Shown in pieces: positions 50,475 to 59,447 of a stretch of DNA of 64,000 nt. Numbering within the stretch: position 1 is the first letter of the stretch; every line of letters begins with the position of its first letter. The position numbers were made by a program, and so were the translations under genes. A model generated the notes under the pieces. It had not been told where the DNA came from and made no database searches. It worked only from the letters and a program-made list of their open reading frames with translations. The DNA comes from a virus. Lineage: Duplodnaviria; Caudoviricetes. The stretch is from the IMG/VR virus record IMGVR_UViG_3300030433_001804, positions 1 through 64,000 of that record. One strand, written 5' to 3'.

Positions 50475-51603
50475 TTAATTCCACTCCCTATTTTTTCTTG
50501 CGTTGCGTTCAACTTCATCTGCCTCGCTGATTAGCCAATTTAGAACGGTTAATTCTTTTTTCCAATCATCACCATGTTGTTCATTTTCTTCCAAGAAGTC
50601 CATTACTTTTCTAAGGCTATCTTTTATTTCATGGCTATTCATTCTTCCTCACCTGCTAATTCATCATAAAATTTCATGGCTTGAGTCCAATAGGTGCATG
50701 TTATAGTCAATTCACTTCTATTAACTTCCCATGTAGTTCTATCACCTCTAACTCTATTAGCCACTCTTTCTTTGTAAAACAACATCATAGATGCTGAATC
50801 TTCAAAGATATATTTTTCTTTCATGGCGATTGTTCCATCGTCATATATTGTATTTCCAAATTCTCTTTTTGTTTTATAATTTATTTTCATTCTTTCATTC
50901 TCCTTATTGATATTTGGTATGCATTATAGTGCGGCATACCCAATGTAACTAATTCCTTACATATTCTTTTTCTTGTCTGCTCATGTTCGTAATCTCGATT
51001 CAAAAACTCCGGCTTGTATTGTCGGTGGTTTTCCTTCGGGATTATATCTCTCATTAATTTCTTCATAACAACCATCACATATTCTAATTAATATTTTATT
51101 ATCTACTTCTTCTAGTTTCATAGTTTTAAACTCAATGAGCATATGAAACTTGGCTCCTAAGCCACATATTTCACACTTAGGAGTCTGTGTTTTTTCTTCT
51201 CTAACGAAGAATCTTTTAATCCAATTTATCATTTTTTTTCACCTCTTAAATTGCGGGAAACGGAAGGAAGCGCATGATAAACTCCCTTAGCCTAAGAACA
51301 CCAAGCCCCAAGAGGTATTTTGTCCGTTATTACTGCTAAACCCGTATTTCCATAAGGAATCTAATATTAAATTCTTTCATCCCTAAACTTTTGATAAGCC
51401 ATATCTTCTGCATCTGCTTTGATAGCCTCTAAGTCTCTCCAACCATATCTATCATAGGCTATGTCTTCACATATTTCTATTGCTAAATCATCATTTTCAC
51501 CTAATAGTTCTGCTAGTAAATCTAGCAGTTCTTCTTGCGAAAGGTGAAACTTTAACATATCAAATAGCGACTTAAATCCACAAAACTCTAACATCTCTTC
51601 CAT

Positions 51604-53034
51604 TTAATTCATCCCCGGTGTTGGCCCAACATATAGTAGGGTTTTCTTTGCTCTTGTAATTGCTACATAGCAAATATTGTTTTCTTCATGCCCTCCTTTC
51701 GGATGTGGCATTCTGTCAGTTGCTAGAATATACACATTATCTGCTTCAAGACCTTTAGCCTTATGAACGGTTGAAAGCATTATTTCTCCCTTATCATTAC
51801 CATCAAATACTCTTTTGATTTCTTCGATAATACCACCAACAGTTGTTGTTTTCTCAACAAAAATACTGATACAGTCTCTCTTGTCTTCAAGAGTTAGTGC
51901 TTGGTTTATTTTATTCTGTTCTAGTAACTTAGCGTGTTTAAACTCAAAGTCTTTCATGAATAAAGCCCAAAACTCTTGTGTTCCCATGTGCTTATTCTTA
52001 GTAATTTTTTCAACTGAAGTAATTAATCCCTTAGTCATATCACGGCCTAGAATATAGGCTGATTTACCTTGGCTAATCAAATCATAAAAAGCACCGATTA
52101 ATGGTGCATTATATCTACAAAGAACCATATCGTTTCTTTGTGGGTTGAATGGAGCATTAACTATCACAGTTCCATCTATTGCATCAGAAGGACATCTGAA
52201 ATCACTAACATATCTATTTGCTTCAGCGACAACTGATTTAGGACATCTCCATGTAATAGTTAGAGGATAGTGCTTTATGTCTCTTGAACTACCACTTAGT
52301 CTATCTTCAAACATAGAAATAGAATTACTATCTGCTCCTCTAAATCCGTAGATTGCTTGATTTTTGTCCCCGACAATAATACACCTACCGCCATTAACAC
52401 AGCGAGAGATTAATTCCCTTTGCATTTCATTGAAATCTTGCGCTTCATCTACAAACATTATATCGTAGTGTGGAAGTGGGTAATCACTTACTAAGGGTAG
52501 CCAAATCATATCATCAAAATCAATGTGGTGAGTTTGTGTTTTACACATAGTCAAAATAGCAGGAATTGATTGAACCGCTATCTCTTCTTCTCTAATAGAT
52601 TCAAATTGAATATTATATTCGTCTATTAATTGATTGATTGCTTTCTTATCATTACCTTCTAACATAGAGCCTTTGACTAGGCTTACTAGTTTCTTTAGCG
52701 GTGTAATGTGGTAATCTTCTCCTAACAAATCTTTGATGATGTTATTTAGTTTGTAATTGTTTACTTTTGTTTTAATACCCGCATTTCTAATAGCGGCAAA
52801 ACCAAATGCGTGAAATGTTTTTGCTTCTACATCTTCGGGTAGTCTTTCTTGTAATTCAGTAGCAATAGATTTGTTAAATGCTAGAAAGGCGGCTTTTTGA
52901 TTACCGATTCTTTTAGCACCCTCTACAATGGTAAAAGTCTTACCAGTTCCAGCACCAGCATTTACAAAAATGTGGGCTTCTGTGTTTTCTATTGCGTTCC
53001 AAATTTCTTCTTGTTCTTGTGTTCCTGTTATCAT
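51604..53034 (-). CDS. UvrD/Rep superfamily 1 helicase
   Basis: AGAGTGKT, LAFNK, VDEAQD, VGDKNQAIYGFRGA, TWRCP, STVHKAKGLE, YVAITRAK. Confidence 0.95.
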   Translation of the reverse strand: MITGTQEQEEIWNAIENTEAHIFVNAGAGTGKTFTIVEGAKRIGNQKAAFLAFNKSIATELQERLPEDVEAKTFHAFGFAAIRNAGIKTKVNNYKLNNIIKDLLGEDYHITPLKKLVSLVKGSMLEGNDKKAINQLIDEYNIQFESIREEEIAVQSIPAILTMCKTQTHHIDFDDMIWLPLVSDYPLPHYDIMFVDEAQDFNEMQRELISRCVNGGRCIIVGDKNQAIYGFRGADSNSISMFEDRLSGSSRDIKHYPLTITWRCPKSVVAEANRYVSDFRCPSDAIDGTVIVNAPFNPQRNDMVLCRYNAPLIGAFYDLISQGKSAYILGRDMTKGLITSVEKITKNKHMGTQEFWALFMKDFEFKHAKLLEQNKINQALTLEDKRDCISIFVEKTTTVGGIIEEIKRVFDGNDKGEIMLSTVHKAKGLEADNVYILATDRMPHPKGGHEENNICYVAITRAKKTLLYVGPTPGMN

Positions 53035-53630
53035 GTTTAAACCTCTTTTGTCTTTTAATGGACTAAGAAAACGCTTAGATTGCTAATTAAAGCAACGGTA
53101 ATGCGTGTAAAAAGGTGAGCATCCTGAAAGTTTTCGTGCTTTTTTAGAAAATTTTCCGAATTGTGAATATGAAAGGTGGGGGAGGAGTCAGCGATTGTTA
53201 GTCGCATCTCATTTGTGTAGCCCCTTGACTCGACTCCCCCATATTTGTCTCAACAAAATAATACCGCCTCATTTAATTGAAGGAGGCGAGGCGTGTATCA
53301 CTGTCAAGACAATAGGGAGGGTCGCCTACCCTATATAGGTCGCCCATGGGGGGTCAATCTTCGTTTCTATAGAAGCATAACCTCCTCATCTAACCCATAT
53401 GCCCCATGCTATCCAAAAGAGCAGTGTGGCCGAAACCGCACCCCAAAACAGCCTAAGACCCAGATTATTTATTGGGTTACATCGAGGTTTGATACAATAT
53501 ATGTTAGTGATGATACTTCCTTTGCTAGTGTAAGTTTCTACTAAACAGTTACTTCCTTGAGGAATATCGCAACCGCATTTTTGACAAACTTCGTCTTTGT
53601 CTGCCTTTCTATAGACTTCATCTAGCATTC

Positions 53631-54053
53631 TCATGATATCCCTCTTTTTCTGTATGCTTCTAGAAAGGCTTTTCCATCGGGTGTCTGTATAGTATCTACT
53701 GCATTAATGGTTCCGTCTAAGTCAGCATGAGTGACTGCTTTCGTAGCGTAGCCTTTTCTTCTTTCTTTTTCAACTATAAATAAGAAATCTAATTTTTTAT
53801 GTTTTTGCCAATTATCTACACATAAAAAACCGATGGTTTCAAAATCATCTGAATCATATTCTAATGACTCTTCATAACTATCCCACATTTCTTTTTTTAT
53901 CCAATAAAAACCTCCATGTGAAAAATAATGAGTAATGGGGTCATTCATAGAGGAGTGAAAGTCTTTCTTCCATTCATCATACATTTCCAAAAGCCTACAG
54001 ACTTCATAAGAGTCATGGGGTTCGCTTTCTTGAATGTATATTTCGACATACAT
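53631..54053 (-). CDS. GNAT-family acetyltransferase
   Basis: FLFIVEKERRKGYATKAV (acetyl-CoA motif A), TPDGKAFL. Confidence 0.7.
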   Translation of the reverse strand: MYVEIYIQESEPHDSYEVCRLLEMYDEWKKDFHSSMNDPITHYFSHGGFYWIKKEMWDSYEESLEYDSDDFETIGFLCVDNWQKHKKLDFLFIVEKERRKGYATKAVTHADLDGTINAVDTIQTPDGKAFLEAYRKRGIS

Positions 54054-54174
54054 AATATCACCTTAATGAAAAGAGGGAAGAACAGGAGAAGAGAAACAGA
54101 AAACTCCCTTACCATACTGGAATTGCAAGATATAGTTCTTATTACTTGGCAAACCTCTTTCATTTCTTTCTGAA

Positions 54175-54636
54175 TCAAACAGAAAGAAGTGAATCGTAAT
54201 TTCCGTCCCATTCTTGGTTCTTATACCATTTAGCCAAACGGTTTCTTGCTCGGACTCCTTCAGCCTTTGCATACTCTTCTGCATCAGCATAAAGTCCTCC
54301 ACCGCTTCTGTTTTGCTTTTTGGTAATAGCACCAATTATTGGGTCTTGATTAAAATAAGTTGTTGATGCTTCTTCTACTGTAGAAACTATCTTATCAATA
54401 ACTACTCTAACTGAAGCAGGTATTGATGATTTTTGTCCCTTCTTGAAAGGTGTTCCATCACGGCCTCTTAATAGTGCTTTAAGTGCGCCTCGACAGGCTT
54501 CTCTTTCATTGGGGTTTGTGTCACCAATACTTAAATTAAGCAAACAGACTTGCTTTAGTCCTTCATCTAAACCTTCATCAGCATCTAGATATTCTTCAAT
54601 TTCTATCTTTAAACTATTCCATGTTGTGTCATCCAT
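54175..54636 (-). CDS. Hypothetical protein, distant paralog of 57048 and 58838 genes
   Basis: MDDTTWN...LNLSIGD...PFKKGQKSS...WDG parallels WN...LSLGD...FPxARKGRESS...WDG. Start ATG 54636. Confidence 0.6.
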   Translation of the reverse strand: MDDTTWNSLKIEIEEYLDADEGLDEGLKQVCLLNLSIGDTNPNEREACRGALKALLRGRDGTPFKKGQKSSIPASVRVVIDKIVSTVEEASTTYFNQDPIIGAITKKQNRSGGGLYADAEEYAKAEGVRARNRLAKWYKNQEWDGNYDSLLSV

Positions 54637-55103
54637 TTTATTCATCTCCGTAGTTTTCAGTGTTGTCGTGTTCTCTATAGTGTTCCCATGCATCAGTCCA
54701 CTTCCATGGTTTTTCTATATATTCTAGCATTATATCTAAATTAGGTATGTGTCCCGAATCAACCATTGCTCTTGCTAATCCACTCATATTATAATGATGA
54801 GTGAACCACGGTTGTTTTTTATCAATCAAAAAATATTTTCCTTCTTGAAGTGCCTTAATTACAGGGTCATTACTTTCTTCCATATTTATTCCTCCTCGGT
54901 TTTTTCTTCATAATTTCTGAGCATTTCTATCAAAGATTTAGGTGGTTTTTTCCATGGCAAACTCATGTTTGCTAATCTATGCATTCTGCACATAGCCAAA
55001 TCGTATGCATCTTGTAAACTCATACCGTTTAGTGCATGATAGATAAAAACTTTATTTCTCTCGCTCCAATTAACAGGTGCTATATTCTTTCTGTCTTCCA
55101 TAT

Positions 55104-55421
55104 TTATTCCTCCTTAAACCAATAATCCTTAGTAATGAAACCTTCATCTACTTCAACCAAAACATCTCCTACTACTCTAGGAGCATTCCATTTTAGTTGC
55201 ATATTAGCCAAGTAATTATCTTCTAGACCGTGTAGAAGTCCCTCTTCATTCACAATCATTTCCTTTACATCGGGCATTAGATATATTTGAGGCATATATT
55301 CAATGCGGCCACCTACACTATCTTGCATTTCTGATAGTGATGGTTTTTTCTTGAATACCTTGCCTTCCATTTTCCACAGGCAGTTCTCTCCTACTTTAAT
55401 TTGCACCCAAATTTTTGCCAT
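55104..55421 (-). CDS. DUF3846-like protein
   Basis: PSLSEMQDSVGGRIE...MIVNEEGL...N...VVGDVL; TATA at 55443-55450 implies a leaderless ATG 55421. Confidence 0.7.
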   Translation of the reverse strand: MAKIWVQIKVGENCLWKMEGKVFKKKPSLSEMQDSVGGRIEYMPQIYLMPDVKEMIVNEEGLLHGLEDNYLANMQLKWNAPRVVGDVLVEVDEGFITKDYWFKEE

Positions 55422-55554
55422 AATTTTCACAATTCTTAGGACTATATAAAAGGGTTCACATAGAAGCACTAAGCCCCATTTTCACTCATAACTTTTATTA
55501 ATCTATTCGTCTAGTCATTGACATTATCGTGGATGGTTACAGGAATGTGCATTA

Positions 55555-55890
55555 ATAGTTCTCATAATAGTTCTCGTTTTCCGATGAGAAATAATTATGA
55601 CCTAGTTATGCCGACAACCCTACCTAAAATGACCTAGTTATACTGACTCTTCTCATTATTCTCATTTCTCATGACTCTTATCAATATATATTATTCTCCT
55701 CACATAGATAAGTAGGGTAATTTTGTATGACTTATATTTATGTAATACAAGAGAGAGAGAGAAAGAAGAAGAAGAGAAAGAGAAATGAGAATAATGAGAA
55801 GTATTGTAAAAATATCTTACTTATACCTATAACTAGGTCATTTTTTTAGAGATATTTCTCTTCTCACTTGCGAAACTCGATGAGAACTAT
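55555..55890. repeat. Nested inverted/direct repeats, candidate replication origin
   Basis: Perfect 22-bp IR 55649-55670/55780-55801; 17-bp IR 55626-55642/55828-55844; direct copy of ATGACCTAGTTAT at 55597; many TTCTCAT/ATGAGAA; AT-rich; at strand switch. Confidence 0.6.
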
Positions 55891-56097
55891 CGGACATTAT
55901 ACTATATTATATATCATATAACATATAGATATTCTATCAATATAGATATAAGTTCAATTGAGAAGCACCCAAGGTAATGTTTAGACAGGGAGGGTAGAAA
56001 ATCTTAGACTAAAAGTTGTCATATGTTTATAATGTAAATAGCAAATGCTTGCTTTCTTTTGACCTATCTTACCATATGGTTGCGCTTTGTTTTAACC

Positions 56098-56262
56098 ATG
56101 TGTCGGTAGTCGGGGATTTCTACCCCGTAAAAGAGTCGTCACTCTACCTCAAACTTAAGTGGCCTTAATGATGGAAAATACAGTATCTCAACCGCACCCA
56201 TTATATGGATTGTTTAATGCATTCACAACTTTCCATCAATAAGGACACCAGACCCGACAAGG
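56098..56262. ncRNA. Candidate structured RNA element (~165 nt)
   Basis: TGTCGG/CCGACA closing stem, CCTTAATGATGGAAA/TTTCCATCAATAAGG stem, CGGGG/CCCCG and AGAGT/ACTCT hairpins; no ORF. Confidence 0.45.
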
Positions 56263-56266
56263 TGAT

Positions 56267-56509
56267 TTAACCAAGTGCGTTAAATAAATCCTCCACTATG
56301 TCATTCAACATATCATGCATAAGTGTAAATTTGACAGCGTTATCAATACCTGCCATGATTGCCTCCATGGTGATAATACCTATCATAGCGTCAGGTTCAT
56401 CAGTGAAGATAGTCATATCTGTGAAAACTGCTGATTGTATAGAATTATCAACATAATTTTTCATGTTTGGGCTAATGCTTGCGACTCTTTGAACTGCTGC
56501 TTTTGACAT
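56267..56509 (-). CDS. Cassette gene, hypothetical (80 aa)
   Basis: Divergent from palindrome 56557; ACCATA element 33 nt before ATG. Confidence 0.65.
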   Translation of the reverse strand: MSKAAVQRVASISPNMKNYVDNSIQSAVFTDMTIFTDEPDAMIGIITMEAIMAGIDNAVKFTLMHDMLNDIVEDLFNALG

Positions 56510-56617
56510 GCTAAGACTATTTATTATCTTATTAGATATGGTGTAAACAAAGCAACACCATATGGTTGTAACGCTTTGTTAAAACAACCCTAAGTAATAG
56601 GTCATTTAATCTATAAC

Positions 56618-56917
56618 ATGAGAAAAATAACACAAGACGCAATAAGAGCCTTTGAAAATGGATATAATTTCAAGCGAGGTAATACCCGTGTAATAGTTGG
56701 CCCATACTACGGTGAATATTCGGTTCGTCTTTTACTACATGGGAACTTAATCGCTGAAAGAACCTCAAACGGTGTATATATTCAAGACGGTGGTTGGCAG
56801 TCTAACACCACAAAAGAACGCTTAAACGGTTTGAGTGGGGTTAATATCGTTCAAAGGAATTGGCAATGGTATTTGAACGGTGAGGCTTGGAACGGCCACA
56901 CAATCCGCATTAATTAG
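56618..56917 (+). CDS. Cassette gene, conserved phage-type hypothetical protein
   Basis: LHGNLIA...GWQSNTTKERLNGL...QRNWQWY; ACCCTA 31 nt upstream; GAAA and TTCG hairpins downstream. Confidence 0.75.
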   Translation: MRKITQDAIRAFENGYNFKRGNTRVIVGPYYGEYSVRLLLHGNLIAERTSNGVYIQDGGWQSNTTKERLNGLSGVNIVQRNWQWYLNGEAWNGHTIRIN

Positions 56918-57047
56918 GCGAAAGCCCCCTTCGGGGTATAACAAAGCGTTACCATATGGTTGCACTTTGTAAAAACCATACTAATATGACATGAAATCCT
57001 ATCTAGTGCTTCAACGGGAATAGGAGCAAAATAAGGAGGTAAAAAAT

Positions 57048-57575
57048 ATGAAACAAGCAAACTGGAATGTAAATACAAGTAAAGTAAGGGCTTGGGCTGA
57101 AAAGCAACCAAAGTCCGATAACCTGAGTGCGGTTTTATTGTCCCTATCATTAGGTGACAATGCCGCTACTGACGAATTAAGAAGCACATATTGGACAGCA
57201 ATCCGTTCAATTGGTTCTACTATGGATGGTTTTCCATCAGCCCGCAAAGGCCGAGAATCAACTCTAACCGAGGAACAACAGATTGCATTGGCGAATGTGG
57301 AGAGTGTGGTAGAAACTGCCTTTGCTTCAATCCCTACTGAATACCACGCAACACTACTGGCCGTAATAGTTCCTCACGGGCGAACTGGCGGAGTTTATTC
57401 ATCAATGGACGAAATGACTGCTTACTATGTCAATCAAGCACATAACTACATGGTCACTTCTATCAAAGAAGGCCGATTCGCTGGTAAGTTGAATAAGGCG
57501 GGTGTTCCTCAAATCACCCCTCGCCCTACAAAGGCTGAGAAAGACGCTCAAATGGAGGACTCAGAAGAGGTTTGA
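57048..57575 (+). CDS. Cassette gene, paralog A
   Basis: AAGGAGGT SD; LRSTYWTAIRSIGST, ARKGRES, PHGR shared with 58838-59335. Confidence 0.85.
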   Translation: MKQANWNVNTSKVRAWAEKQPKSDNLSAVLLSLSLGDNAATDELRSTYWTAIRSIGSTMDGFPSARKGRESTLTEEQQIALANVESVVETAFASIPTEYHATLLAVIVPHGRTGGVYSSMDEMTAYYVNQAHNYMVTSIKEGRFAGKLNKAGVPQITPRPTKAEKDAQMEDSEEV

Positions 57576-57710
57576 GCCTAAACTGCAACTATTCCCGTTG
57601 TAGCCCCATATTATTCCCTTCGGGGTTTAATTGGGGTTTAACAAAGCAATACCATATGGTTGTGATATCTTTGGTATCTAAAACCATATACAGAATTCAT
57701 TGATATTCTA

Positions 57711-58281
57711 TGTCGGAGGTCATGAGCCGACAGGGATTGACAGAATACCCTCTTGGTCGGGGGTAATGTGCAGGTATTCGTGTAGTGCGACATAACAGTT
57801 TATGATGGGGTAATCCTTGAGTTGAAACTGCTCTATGAAAGTTCGTAATCCTCAAAAGGGGTTTGGTCTAACTAACCAAATGAATATACTTGGCTTGATG
57901 GCTTCTAGAATAGGAGCGACCTAACCGAATGTAGGCGGTATCTACATCATCATTAGTGATACTCAATTCACTATCCCACCTTTTATTCCATATGGCGGAT
58001 TGGCCATAAACCATATAGAAACGAGCCGAAACACAGCGTGGTAAGACAGACGGGTAAACAATACAGTAAGCCATGGCGACCTGTAGGGAAATCAAGAGGA
58101 AGTGCAGTTAATCGGATATGTATGGAGTAGGCGAAGTTTCTATTATACTCATTTGGTGCTTAAGCGATAGATAAAAGCGATGATAGTTCACCATGAAAAA
58201 CGCTATACAGGCATATCAATAAAAATCAAATTACAATAAGGATTGTTCCCTGTTACTGTGTAGCCCTTTCATGGGGTTTTT
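57711..58281 (+). ncRNA. Candidate large structured ncRNA (~550-570 nt)
   Basis: Fills a full cassette slot with promoter-like element and terminator-like hairpin, but no + strand ORF of 60 aa; numerous stems. Confidence 0.6.
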
Positions 58282-58349
58282 CAAAGAACAACCATATGGT
58301 ATGGTGCTTTGCTAAACATACCCTACATAATGAATTTAATTTAATTATC

Positions 58350-58703
58350 ATGAACGCAGAAAATAAAGAGTTTAGAGTTGGATTATGTGCAGGACGACAC
58401 GATATCATTGATGGCGATATTGAGATTAAGGATTTTATATTTCCCAATCCTATTGAAAACCCTAATGACTTTGAGGCTCTAAGATTTCAAGCCAATGATA
58501 AGTTAGAGGATATATGGTTCGCAGGTGGTAAGATTTATCTTTATGTTACCGGGCTTGGTCAAGCCTTGACCGTGGTTTTATCCGAGGCCATGCACCTATT
58601 CGCTTTAACTGAGTATGATATGGAGTTTACCGTAATGCATTATGACAGGGAAACCGGGACATACAAAGGTCATAACTTCTTCGGGGGTGAAGAACCCATC
58701 TGA
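58350..58703 (+). CDS. Cassette gene, alpha/beta hypothetical protein
   Basis: Start ATG 58350, 30 nt after ACCCTA; GLCAGRH and LYVTGL..AL motifs; GCC-TTCG-GGC hairpin after stop. Confidence 0.75.
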   Translation: MNAENKEFRVGLCAGRHDIIDGDIEIKDFIFPNPIENPNDFEALRFQANDKLEDIWFAGGKIYLYVTGLGQALTVVLSEAMHLFALTEYDMEFTVMHYDRETGTYKGHNFFGGEEPI

Positions 58704-58837
58704 AGCCTTCGGGCGTTTAACCAAAGTAACACCATATGGTTGGGATTGCTTTGCATATACCGACCATATACGATTAGCCATTGTATCTATTGCTCAGGGG
58801 GATTGAGTGTTAAACTTTAGTTTAGGAGGTAACAAAA

Positions 58838-59335
58838 ATGAAAATAGAAAATTGGAATATAAACACAGCAAAGGTTCAACTATGGTTGGATAAAGAAGAC
58901 AGGGGAGAAAATGGTCAAGCCATTACTCTCTCTATGGCATTAGGAAATGCCTGTGATAACGATGATTTGAGGTCTACTTATTGGACTGCAATTAGAAGTA
59001 TCGGTAGCACATTTACAGATTTCCCGATGGCTCGAAAAGGCCGAGAATCGTCATTACCAGAAGATATACTCCTATCTGCGACTTCTGTAAGGAATGCGGT
59101 TATAACTGCCTTTGCGGGTATTACTGATGCAGATATTATTTTGAAGGTCATACTACCTCATGGTCGCTCCGGTGGCTCATATGAAACAATTGATGACCTA
59201 GCGGAATCATACGGACAAAAAGCCTTTGATGCTCTTGTTAAGGGATATAAGGAAAACCGTTGGGATGGTTCAATGGAGGGCAATGTCCCTCTAATGTCTC
59301 CACCACCTGTAAAAAACAAGGAGGCTAACGAATAG
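58838..59335 (+). CDS. Cassette gene, paralog B
   Basis: AGGAGGT SD; clear paralog of 57048-57575. Confidence 0.85.
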   Translation: MKIENWNINTAKVQLWLDKEDRGENGQAITLSMALGNACDNDDLRSTYWTAIRSIGSTFTDFPMARKGRESSLPEDILLSATSVRNAVITAFAGITDADIILKVILPHGRSGGSYETIDDLAESYGQKAFDALVKGYKENRWDGSMEGNVPLMSPPPVKNKEANE

Positions 59336-59447
59336 GTTTAACGCTTATTCCCCCTGTAGCCCCTGTGGTTACGGTTATGCAAAGCAAACCATATGGTTGT
59401 AGTTACTTTGGAACGACAACCCTAATACTATCAATTGAGAAATAGAT

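Noticed and set aside
57868-58095. 75-aa minus-strand ORF in the ncRNA cassette
   Set aside because: TTG start, no SD, opposite to the cassette promoter/terminator polarity, atypical composition.
58296-58349. N-terminal extension of ORF 58296 (likewise 61242-61349 and 23802-23852)
   Set aside because: Extensions run through the palindrome, repeat element or upstream ORF; downstream ATGs fit promoter/RBS spacing.
57008-59360. Bulge-helix-bulge splice motifs in the UTR stems
   Set aside because: Stems show 1x1 and 2x2 loops or single bulges, not the 3-4-3 geometry, so EndA-type circularisation is unsupported.
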